Assembly: GCA_002269645.1 (NCBI GenBank)
Contig: NIVC01000903.1
Span: forward strand, 62,001 to 126,000
Length of the DNA: 64,000 bases
Direction: 5' to 3'
From: Macrostomum lignano
Lineage: Eukaryota
In this document: one piece after another, positions 36,600 to 48,172 of the stretch
Layout: every line of letters starts with the position of its first letter
How positions within the stretch are numbered: the first letter of the stretch is position 1
Translations under genes and position numbers: made by a program
The notes under the pieces: generated by a model
Databases searched by the model: none
What the model was told of the DNA's origin: nothing
What the model saw: only the letters and a program-made list of their open reading frames with translations

Positions 36600-37235
36600 C
36601 GATTGGGGATTGGGATTTCTGTGAGATTATGAATTGGGATTTCTATGGGATTGGAGAATGGGATTTCTATGGTATTGGGGAATGGGATTTCTATGAAAAT
36701 TGGAGAATGGGATTTCTATGAAATTTGGGAATGGGATTTCTATTGGATTGGGGAAAGGAATTTTTATGGGATTGTGGAATGGGATTTATATGTTATTGGG
36801 GAGTGGGATTTTTATGAGATTGAAGAATGGGATTTCTATGGTATTGGGGAATGGGATTTCTATGGTATTGGGGAATGGGATTTCTATGAAATTTGGGAAT
36901 GGGATTTCTATGTAATTTGGGAATGGGATTTCTATTGGATTAGGGAAAGTAATTTCTATGGGATTGTGGAATGGAATTTCTATGGTATTGGGGAATGGGA
37001 TTTCTATGGTATTGGGGAATGGGATTTCTATGAAATTTGGGAATGGGATTTCTATGTAATTTGGGAATGGGATTTCTATTGGATTAGGGAAAGTAATTTC
37101 TATGGGATTGTGGAATGGAATTTCTACGGGATTGGGGATTGGGATTTCTATGGTATTGGGGAATGGGATTTCTATGGTATTGGGGAATGGGATTTCTATG
37201 GTATTTAGGTTTCTATGGGATTGGGGATTGAAATT
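36600..37235. repeat. 24-bp minisatellite (TGGGATTTCTATGGTATTGGGGAA)n in the last STARD3 intron
   Basis: Read directly. Confidence 0.95.
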
Positions 37236-37285
37236 AATTAAGGAAAATTTCTAAAAGCATCTCACCACATTTTCTAACACAACAG

Positions 37286-37408
37286 GGCTGGGTGCCCACC
37301 CGGGTCATTGACCAGGCCATGACCAGTGTCATGACCCAGCTGGGCGCCAGTCTGCAGAGCCACGCCAGCCGAATCGCTCAGAAAGAAGGCCTCTCACCGG
37401 CGGTGTGA
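37286..37408 (+). CDS. STARD3: STARD3-like exon 7 (terminal)
   Basis: AACAG|GWVPTRVIDQAMTSVM...* matches the START GWxPxxVI motif; joined CDS 1320 nt, 439 aa. Confidence 0.9.
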   Translation, partial: GWVPTRVIDQAMTSVMTQLGASLQSHASRIAQKEGLSPAV

Positions 37409-37589
37409 GACTGCCTGCGGCTGGTGCTGTGAATATCACCTGCGGTTCATCATTACTGACATTAACATTTGGTCTTTCTAGTGTGTATTGTGACTCAGCC
37501 TCAGCCCTTCTGTGTCCCTGTGTTCCCCCTTCTTTGTGTCCGCTGCAACACAATTCTTTCACTGAGTCTTTTAGGATAAATTGCAATAC

Positions 37590-37985
37590 TTGTGTCTATT
37601 GGCTAGTGTGTTCAAAACAGTTTTTGTTTCGATGGCTAAGTGTCCAAGACCATGTGTGTCCATGGCTAAGTGTCCAAGACCATGTGTGTCCATGGCTAAG
37701 TGTCTAAGACCACGTGTGTCCATGGCTAAGTGTCTAAAACCACGTGTGTCTATGGCTTGTGTCCAAGACCATGTGTGTCCCACTGACATTGAGTGTGTCT
37801 ATTGGCTGGTGTCAGAAACTGTGTCCCACTGACATTGAGTGTGTCTATTGGCTGGTGTCAGAAACTGTCCCACTGACATTGAGTGTGTCTATTGGCTGGT
37901 GTCAGAAACTGTGTCCCACTGACATTGAGTGTGTCTATTGGCTGGTGTCAGAAACTGTCCCACTGACATTGGGTGTGTCCATTCC
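37590..37985. repeat. Adjacent 30-bp and ~44-46-bp tandem repeats 3' of STARD3
   Basis: Read directly. Confidence 0.9.
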
Positions 37986-38454
37986 AGCTAGGTTGTCAAT
38001 AACTGAGTCCCAAAACCTGACTTTATGTCTAGTGTAATTTTCATAGTTTCTAGTGTAATTAGGAAAATTCTTTCATTATTGAAATTGTCGTTGTAATTAC
38101 TGCGATCCTTTCATATTTATGTTATTCATACAAATAATGAGATATGCAGATTTTTTAAACTATAAATATTTTTGATAACTTCCTGCCTGGCAACCTTTGC
38201 GATTTTAGCTGTCCTTTTTTGCGAATTTATTAAATTTATAGAACTCCAAACAAGTAGAAGAAATTGCGATTCAATAGCTAATACTGTCCGTTCTATATTT
38301 ACCTACGACAGGTTTTTTATTAAAATAAAATTGCCTGAATATAGACGATTAATTGTTCTACTCAAGTATATACTGCTGAATTCTAACCTTATTAATTTTA
38401 TCACTGTGTGCAGTTCTGACAGTTTGCCTCCACTTAAGAATGGAAGCTTTAAGA

Positions 38455-38770
38455 TTCAGAGTGAGACTGCATGCAGCAGGCAGCCAATCAGAGTGAGGCT
38501 GCATTCCGGACTAGAAAACAGGCAGCCAATCAGAGTGATGCTGCATGCCAGACTATGCAACAGACAGCCAATCAGAGTGAGGCTGCATGCCAGACTATGC
38601 AACAGGCAGCTAATCAGAGTGAGGCTGCATGCCAGACTAGAAAGCTGGCAGCGAATCAAAGTGAGCTGCATGCCAGACTATGCAACAGACAGCCAATCAG
38701 AGTGAGGCTGCATGCCAGACTATGCAACAGACAGCCAATCAGAGTGAGGTTGTACATGTATACCAGACTA
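38455..38770. repeat. Second array of the 42-bp CAGCCAATCAGAGTGAGGCTGCATG family
   Basis: Unit similar to 29730-30912. Confidence 0.9.
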
Positions 38771-38812
38771 GGAGATCAAACCAAAAGTGAAGCGCTTGGT
38801 AAGAACGCAGTT

Positions 38813-41800
38813 ACTACGTAATGCGCAGATAAGTGTTGATTTTTAGGCATATTTGACGCAAAAAACGCAAATTATACTACTATCTGAAAATGAAGTAAGT
38901 AGTATATGAAAACGATATCCTAAGCGTGATGTGGCAATATGTAGTCGTAATAATCCATGTGCTCATATTAATTCCATGTACATTAATCCCTATCTATCTC
39001 AAATTGTACATTAATTCCATGTACATTAATCCATATCTCAAATTGTCTATCCCCAATTCTATATGTACACTCACATTAATCTACAGTGTCATCCCCAGCG
39101 CGCGCGCGCACCAAAATTACAACTCGAAACCCTACTATATGTACAGTGTACAATCTCATCTACTACTACCAAATGAGTCAACTAATTGTGTAGCCTACAA
39201 CGTAAATGTATATTTCCAATGTACATTTCTCAGACATTTGAATAATACGGGTCGGAGTCTATATGTACATCGATAGCCTCTATACTCGTATCCGCTACAT
39301 ACCCCAAAAATTAGGTATGTACATTTTCACCCTCGGAGAATGTAGGTTTGAATATGCTGATAATTTATTCGAAATCACTTATAAAATACACATACTTTCA
39401 TATAGAGGCGGGCCTGTACAAACTCTCGCCAAGCGATGGGGTGGAGGTTGCGTCATCCAAGCCTCTCCCAAGTCTGCCCCCCCCCCAAATACAAGACTGT
39501 GTTGAAGCAGTGCTTTATATTTCTATTGACAGTGAGTATGATACAAGACGCTTCGTCGCGCTTTAATTACAGTAAACCATCCCCTCGAAGCTCCTATACT
39601 GAATGCTGAATCACCCTTTAACTCGGACCATAGTCAAATTCAACCCTGTTCGAAAACAGCCACCCCTCCGATGTTCACCAGACACAGCGCAGACCCCATA
39701 ACAAATCGAGCTAAATTTTAACACTCGCCCCTGTTCTCTCTGTCCCCCCTTCTAAATGCCAAGGAATTTCGACCCTCTCTCCATTTTCAGTGTACAGACA
39801 GATCTTTCCACAGCACAGACCCTATATTAAACTTCAAAACCCCTCTCTTCTCCGATTACGTCATCCATGCCGCCCCAGTTAGCAAGAAACCAACTTTTAA
39901 TGCACACATCAACCCCCGCGAGCAAATCCGAGTCCACCAACCTCTACCTGCATTGACAAACCCCAGCTGCATTTGTAAATGTACACAGCCTATGAATCAG
40001 TGTCTCCACCGCATGCAATTCTGATTTACTTGATTCTAAACTTTGTAAATTGTATAAGTCACCCTTGCGTTATACTAGAAGTAGTGAAGTCCACATATTT
40101 AAATACGTGAGGCTATTCAATTCTGCCTCTCCGCCTCCCCTACCTTCTCACTTCAAGCTTTCAGACTTGGTCTTTGAGACGGTCGGTTTAATCTGTTAGA
40201 AGCAGGAATGAATCATGCACTGACCTCTCCATACAAAGTAAAGTTGGAATTTCAGACAAGAAATTTGGTTATTTTAAAAGCTAAATGACTAGAAATGCAC
40301 ATTTTTTTCATTAAAATGCAGCTTTTTACAGTTTTTTTACGATTTTAACCTTAAAATGCAGACTTTGTTGATCAAAATCAGTAGTTTCATCACTAGAAAC
40401 CATACTTTCAGCAGCTCCTCGTAATTTGTCCAAATGTCGCTTTCAACTTGACCTTAGACTGCTTTTAAGCAGGAATGAACCCCCCACAAACATCCACAAG
40501 CCAGCCCAAAATCATCCAAAGACATGGCTATTGAAGCCTAAATTGCTAGAAATGCGCATTTTTTTCATAAGAAAATACAAATTTTCACAGTTTTTATGCA
40601 TTTTTACGTTAAAATGCAGACTTTATTGATCAAAATCAGTAGTTTCATCACTAGAAACCATACTTTCAGCAACTAATTTGTCCAAATATCGCTTTCAATT
40701 TGACCTTAGACAGCTTTTAAGCAGGAATGAACCCCCCACAAACATCCACAAGCCACCCCAGAATCAACCAAAGACATGGCTATTGAAGCTTAAATTGCTA
40801 GAAATGAGCATTTTTTCATAAAACACAAATTTTAACAGTTTTTACGCATTTTTTTCGTTAAAATGCAGACTTTATTGATCAAAATCAGTAATTCATCACT
40901 AAAAACCACAATTTTAACACAAAATTATCACAAATGCTACTTCTGGAACTCTGAGACAGCTTTGAGCAGGAATTATAATCGCACACGGATTACCCGAGCC
41001 AGTCCAATATTCCACTGAAGCCAGGGTTTTTTAAAGCTGAATTGTTAGAATTGCTCATTCTTTCGTTTAATAAATGACAATTTTCACAGTTTTATTATTT
41101 TCTAACGTTAAAATGCGAAATGTATTGGTCAAACTTAGTAGTTTCATCCCAAAAGCCATAATTTCAACCGCTAATTTGTCCAAATGCTGATTTCAAAGTT
41201 GGCAAGAGACAGCTTTCGAGCAGGAATGAGTTACACACTGATCTCCATATGCACACCCCGGCCCAAGTTGGAATTCCACCCAAGACATTTTCATTGAAAG
41301 CTAAATTACTAGAAATTGCACATTTTCGTTTTAAAAAGGTCAATTTTCACAGTTTTTACTCTTTTTAACGTTAAAATGCTGACTTTATTGAACAAAATTA
41401 ATCACTTCATCAGCAGAAACCATAATTTTTACAACTTAATGCTGTTTCATCATTCAAATGTATGTATTTGGTACGTGTAATACCCCTCATGAAGTCAGGG
41501 AAGGGATTATTCTTGAATATTGGGTTAAAACGTACAGTTTGCTATAAACCTAGCTATAATAATTTTAACATATACAGTCGGCGAAGCGGCCCGTTGATTT
41601 CGATTGACATTTAAACTGTCCCTCCCAGACCTCTCTCTCTCTCCTTCTGCACCCACCGAGAAAAGTGACTCATGCGGCAATCAGCTGGACAGGTTTTATT
41701 ACTGAATTGGCAAAACAGCCAACACCCAATGGTCATATTAGACTCGTCTTCACAGCACAGACCCATGTAGAACAGAACCACTCGTCCCTGTCTCTCTGAC

Positions 41801-44800
41801 CTTACCATTTCTAACTGTCAAGGAATTCCGACCCTCCCTCTCCAATTTCAGTGTACAAACAGATATTTTCACAGCACAGACTCATATATTGAGCCTCCTC
41901 CAACCAAAACCCTATCTTGATTACGTCATCCACCTCCCCCATAGAAGCAGTTAGCAAGAAACAAAATTTTTCGATGCACATATGAACACTGTGGACCATG
42001 CAAAATCGCACATCTACGGGTCGATTTTGATTGACAATTTAATACCTTTTGTTGATGCTGCTGTGTACAGTAGTCTTATTTCCGAAGCTCCTAGCAGTCA
42101 TCTTTTAGATGTGGTGAATCAGTGTTGTTTTTGCCAACTTTACATCTTGATTCATCCTCCAAATTCTTCAACTCTGACCATATTCAATAATTTAACCCAT
42201 GCAAGTAGATTTGCCAATTCGCCAAATTAGCCAATACGAATGGGGCCAGAGGACCCACCCAAATCGAGCCCTTGTCTCTCTCAGGCCTCTCTCTCCTACA
42301 CATACCCCAGAAAAGTGACTCATGAGGCAATCAGTTTAACAGGTTCAGTATACTGAATTGGCAAAACAGCAAACACCCAATGGTCAATGGACTCGTCTTC
42401 GCAGCACAGACCATTTTGAATAAAGCCAAAACACACATACACCCCTATTCTCTGACCAAACCTTTCCATTTCTAGTTGTCAACGAAATTCGACCGGCCTC
42501 TCTCTCAATCCCAAAGTACATTTTGACGAAGCAAGCAGATCTTTTCACAGCACGGACCCAGCCTCCCCCAACCAAAGCCCTATCTCTGATTACGTCATCT
42601 ATACATCCCCATAGAAGCAGTTAGCAAGAAAAAAATTTCGATGCGCATATATGAACAATGCGAACCAAGCAAATCCGCGCGTCTACCAAAGCCAACCCTA
42701 CCCTGCGTGCTGTAATTGCATTTGTCAATGTACACACCCTATGAATCAGTGTCTCCTTCTTTGGAACACACGAAGGCATTAGTCAGAAAGTTTGGATGCA
42801 ATTAAAAACTCTCTCGATGCTTTGCGTATAAACGAGTAATCGATTGAATCAATTGTACACTTGACACATTTAATTACGTGCTGCCATGCAACGGAAAGAC
42901 AGGATAATGGGGTGGGTGGTCACGCAGCCTCATTCTCTCTTTCCTACTGATTTTTCATTATCTATCAATCTCAGCTCTTTCCGGGGCAACTCGCGCATTT
43001 GTGCATACTTCCTCATCAGATTTACCACATGTTCATTTACATGTGATGTACATATGCAAGCGGCAGCCGATTTAAACCTGAGAAATGGTTGAAGCACTCC
43101 CCCGACTATGACTAAATGCACGTACGTTCAGTCAAATACAGGAAAATTTGACACCCGTAGTATGAAGATGAAATCTTCACGAAAGCTTCACATGTTTATC
43201 TTTCTCTGGGGAAATGACGATAGTTTCTCAATAAAAATCTGTCATAGGCCCAATATAGCAGTTTAAATATTTTCACGAAAATGTCGCATTATTCAAAGAA
43301 CTGATTTTTGCAAACTCTACTGTCAGTAGGAAGATGAGTTTTCATAGAGACATTTTGTAAAACATAGACTAAACTTTCAAATCATTCGTTTACACGACGC
43401 ACAGTCACGGTCCGGCCACCCTCCGCCCGCGCCGCTGCCTCTCAATGAATGTAAAATAGGAGTGTTAGTTCATGTATTAATGCTCCTTGACCTGCAAAAA
43501 TTATACGGTTGCTAGGCAGTGTCGTAAAACAGAACATGCGTTTTTCTGTAAAGTAATAATAACCCCACCATTAATATAGACAGTTGGTCGTGTAAACGAA
43601 TGATTTGAAAGTTTAGTCTATGTTTTACAAAATGTCTCTATGAAAACTCATCTTCCTACTGACAGTAGAGTTTGCAAAAATCAGTTCTTTGAATAATGCG
43701 ACATTTTCGTGAAAATATTTAAACTGCTATATTGGGCCTATGACAGATTTTTATTGAGAAACTATCGTCATTTCCCCAGAGAAAGATAAACATGTGAAGC
43801 TTTCGTGAAGATTTCATCTTCATACTACGGGTGTCAAATTTTCCTGTATTTGACTGAACGTACGTGCATTTAGTCATAGTCGGGGGAGTGCTTCAACCAT
43901 TTCTCAGGTTTAAATCGGCTGCCGCTTGCATATGTACATCACATGTAAATGAACATGTGGTAAATCTGATGAGGAAGTATGCACAAATGCGCGAGTTGCC
44001 CCGGAAAGAGCTGAGATTGATAGATAATGAAAAATCAGTAGGAAAGAGAGAATGAGGCTGCGTGACCACCCACCCCATTATCCTGTCTTTCCGTTGCATG
44101 GCAGCACGTAATTAAATGTGTCAAGTGTACAATTGATTCAATCGATTACTCGTTTATACGCAAAGCATCGAGAGAGTTTTTAATTGCATCCAAACTTTCT
44201 GACTAATGCCTTCGTGTGTTCCAAAGAAGGAGACACTGATTCATAGGGTGTGTACATTGACAAATGCAATTACAGCACGCAGGGTAGGGTTGGCTTTGGT
44301 AGACGCGCGGATTTGCTTGGTTCGCATTGTTCATATATGCGCATCGAAATTTTTTTCTTGCTAACTGCTTCTATGGGGATGTATAGATGACGTAATCAGA
44401 GATAGGGCTTTGGTTGGGGGAGGCTGGGTCCGTGCTGTGAAAAGATCTGCTTGCTTCGTCAAAATGTACTTTGGGATTGAGAGAGAGGCCGGTCGAATTT
44501 CGTTGACAACTAGAAATGGAAAGGTTTGGTCAGAGAATAGGGGTGTATGTGTGTTTTGGCTTTATTCAAAATGGTCTGTGCTGCGAAGACGAGTCCATTG
44601 ACCATTGGGTGTTTGCTGTTTTGCCAATTCAGTATACTGAACCTGTTAAACTGATTGCCTCATGAGTCACTTTTCTGGGGTATGTGTAGGAGAGAGAGGC
44701 CTGAGAGAGACAAGGGCTCGATTTGGGTGGGTCCTCTGGCCCCATTCGTATTGGCTAATTTGGCGAATTGGCAAATCTACTTGCATGGGTTAAATTATTG

Positions 44801-47800
44801 AATATGGTCAGAGTTGAAGAATTTGGAGGATGAATCAAGATGTAAAGTTGGCAAAAACAACACTGATTCACCACATCTAAAAGATGACTGCTAGGAGCTT
44901 CGGAAATAAGACTACTGTACACAGCAGCATCAACAAAAGGTATTAAATTGTCAATCAAAATCGACCCGTAGATGTGCGATTTTGCATGGTCCACAGTGTT
45001 CATATGTGCATCGAAAAATTTTGTTTCTTGCTAACTGCTTCTATGGGGGAGGTGGATGACGTAATCAAGATAGGGTTTTGGTTGGAGGAGGCTCAATATA
45101 TGAGTCTGTGCTGTGAAAATATCTGTTTGTACACTGAAATTGGAGAGGGAGGGTCGGAATTCCTTGACAGTTAGAAATGGTAAGGTCAGAGAGACAGGGA
45201 CGAGTGGTTCTGTTCTACATGGGTCTGTGCTGTGAAGACGAGTCTAATATGACCATTGGGTGTTGGCTGTTTTGCCAATTCAGTAATAAAACCTGTCCAG
45301 CTGATTGCCGCATGAGTCACTTTTCTCGGTGGGTGCAGAAGGAGAGAGAGAGAGGTCTGGGAGGGACAGTTTAAATGTCAATCGAAATCAACGGGCCGCT
45401 TCGCCGACTGTATATGTTAAAATTATTATAGCTAGGTTTATAGCAAACTGTACGTTTTAACCCAATATTCAAGAATAATCCCTTCCCTGACTTCATGAGG
45501 GGTATTACACGTACCAAATACATACATTTGAATGATGAAACAGCATTAAGTTGTAAAAATTATGGTTTCTGCTGATGAAGTGATTAATTTTGTTCAATAA
45601 AGTCAGCATTTTAACGTTAAAAAGAGTAAAAACTGTGAAAATTGACCTTTTTAAAACGAAAATGTGCAATTTCTAGTAATTTAGCTTTCAATGAAAATGT
45701 CTTGGGTGGAATTCCAACTTGGGCCGGGGTGTGCATATGGAGATCAGTGTGTAACTCATTCCTGCTCGAAAGCTGTCTCTTGCCAACTTTGAAATCAGCA
45801 TTTGGACAAATTAGCGGTTGAAATTATGGCTTTTGGGATGAAACTACTAAGTTTGACCAATACATTTCGCATTTTAACGTTAGAAAATAATAAAACTGTG
45901 AAAATTGTCATTTATTAAACGAAAGAATGAGCAATTCTAACAATTCAGCTTTAAAAAACCCTGGCTTCAGTGGAATATTGGACTGGCTCGGGTAATCCGT
46001 GTGCGATTATAATTCCTGCTCAAAGCTGTCTCAGAGTTCCAGAAGTAGCATTTGTGATAATTTTGTGTTAAAATTGTGGTTTTTAGTGATGAATTACTGA
46101 TTTTGATCAATAAAGTCTGCATTTTAACGAAAAAAATGCGTAAAAACTGTTAAAATTTGTGTTTTATGAAAAAATGCTCATTTCTAGCAATTTAAGCTTC
46201 AATAGCCATGTCTTTGGTTGATTCTGGGGAGGCTTGTGGATGTTTGTGGGGGGTTCATTCCTGCTTAAAAGCTGTCTAAGGTCAAATTGAAAGCGATATT
46301 TGGACAAATTAGTTGCTGAAAGTATGGTTTCTAGTGATGAAACTACTGATTTTGATCAATAAAGTCTGCATTTTAACGTAAAAATGCATAAAAACTGTGA
46401 AAATTTGTATTTTCTTATGAAAAAAATGCGCATTTCTAGCAATTTAGGCTTCAATAGCCATGTCTTTGGATGATTTTGGGCTGGCTTGTGGATGTTTGTG
46501 GGGGGTTCATTCCTGCTTAAAAGCAGTCTAAGGTCAAGTTGAAAGCGACATTTGGACAAATTACGAGGAGCTGCTGAAAGTATGGTTTCTAGTGATGAAA
46601 CTACTGATTTTGATCAACAAAGTCTGCATTTTAAGGTTAAAATCGTAAAAAAACTGTAAAAAGCTGCATTTTAATGAAAAAAATGTGCATTTCTAGTCAT
46701 TTAGCTTTTAAAATAACCAAATTTCTTGTCTGAAATTCCAACTTTACTTTGTATGGAGAGGTCAGTGCATGATTCATTCCTGCTTCTAACAGATTAAACC
46801 GACCGTCTCAAAGACCAAGTCTGAAAGCTTGAAGTGAGAAGGTAGGGGAGGCGGAGAGGCAGAATTGAATAGCCTCACGTATTTAAATATGTGGACTTCA
46901 CTACTTCTAGTATAACGCAAGGGTGACTTATACAATTTACAAAGTTTAGAATCAAGTAAATCAGAATTGCATGCGGTGGAGACACTGATTCATAGGCTGT
47001 GTACATTTACAAATGCAGCTGGGGTTTGTCAATGCAGGTAGAGGTTGGTGGACTCGGATTTGCTCGCGGGGTTGATGTGTGCATTAAAAGTTGGTTTCTT
47101 GCTAACTGGGGCGGCATGGATGACGTAATCGGAGAAGAGAGGGGTTTTGAAGTTTAATATAGGGTCTGTGCTGTGGAAAGATCTGTCTGTACACTGAAAA
47201 TGGAGAGAGGGTCGAAATTCCTTGGCATTTAGAAGGGGGGACAGAGAGAACAGGGGCGAGTGTTAAAATTTAGCTCGATTTGTTATGGGGTCTGCGCTGT
47301 GTCTGGTGAACATCGGAGGGGTGGCTGTTTTCGAACAGGGTTGAATTTGACTATGGTCCGAGTTAAAGGGTGATTCAGCATTCAGTATAGGAGCTTCGAG
47401 GGGATGGTTTACTGTAATTAAAGCGCGACGAAGCGTCTTGTATCATACTCACTGTCAATAGAAATATAAAGCACTGCTTCAACACAGTCTTGTATTTGGG
47501 GGGGGGGGCAGACTTGGGAGAGGCTTGGATGACGCAACCTCCACCCCATCGCTTGGCGAGAGTTTGTACAGGCCCGCCTCTATATGAAAGTATGTGTATT
47601 TTATAAGTGATTTCGAATAAATTATCAGCATATTCAAACCTACATTCTCCGAGGGTGAAAATGTACATACCTAATTTTTGGGGTATGTAGCGGATACGAG
47701 TATAGAGGCTATCGATGTACATATAGACTCCGACCCGTATTATTCAAATGTCTGAGAAATGTACATTGGAAATATACATTTACGTTGTAGGCTACACAAT

Positions 47801-48172
47801 TAGTTGACTCATTTGGTAGTAGTAGATGAGATTGTACACTGTACATATAGTAGGGTTTCGAGTTGTAATTTTGGTGCGCGCGCGCGCTGGGGATGACACT
47901 GTAGATTAATGTGAGTGTACATATAGAATTGGGGATAGACAATTTGAGATATGGATTAATGTACATGGAATTAATGTACAATTTGAGATAGATAGGGATT
48001 AATGTACATGGAATTAATATGAGCACATGGATTATTACGACTACATATTGCCACATCACGCTTAGGATATCGTTTTCATATACTACTTACTTCATTTTCA
48101 GATAGTAGTATAATTTGCGTTTTTTGCGTCAAATCTGCCTAAAAATCAACACTTATCTGCGCATTACGTAGT
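38813..48172. mobile_element. Giant palindromic (foldback-type) non-autonomous element: arms 38813-43398 and 43587-48172, spacer 43399-43586, flanking direct repeat GCAGTT
   Basis: Mirror ORF coordinates sum to 86985. Termini ACTACGTAATGCGCAG... and ...CTGCGCATTACGTAGT are exact reverse complements. GCAGTT lies at 38807-38812 and 48173-48178. Confidence 0.9.

Noticed and set aside
2862-37208. Other repeat-derived and antisense shadow ORFs (e.g. 2885-4333, 7354-7974, 8727-9272, 12557-13300, 19077-19652, 22297-22827, 29746-30315, 33817-35876, 35849-36496)
   Set aside because: Explained by minisatellite periodicity or by overlap with GC-rich true CDS on the other strand or frame.
38926-48059. 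Mirror-image short ORFs (63-116 aa) in the arms
   Set aside because: They are short, show no recognisable motifs, and are duplicated only because of the symmetry.
38813-48172. The palindrome as a long-read foldback assembly artefact
   Set aside because: Disfavoured but not excluded: it has unique flanks on both sides, a unique spacer, real substitutions between the arms and a flanking direct repeat.
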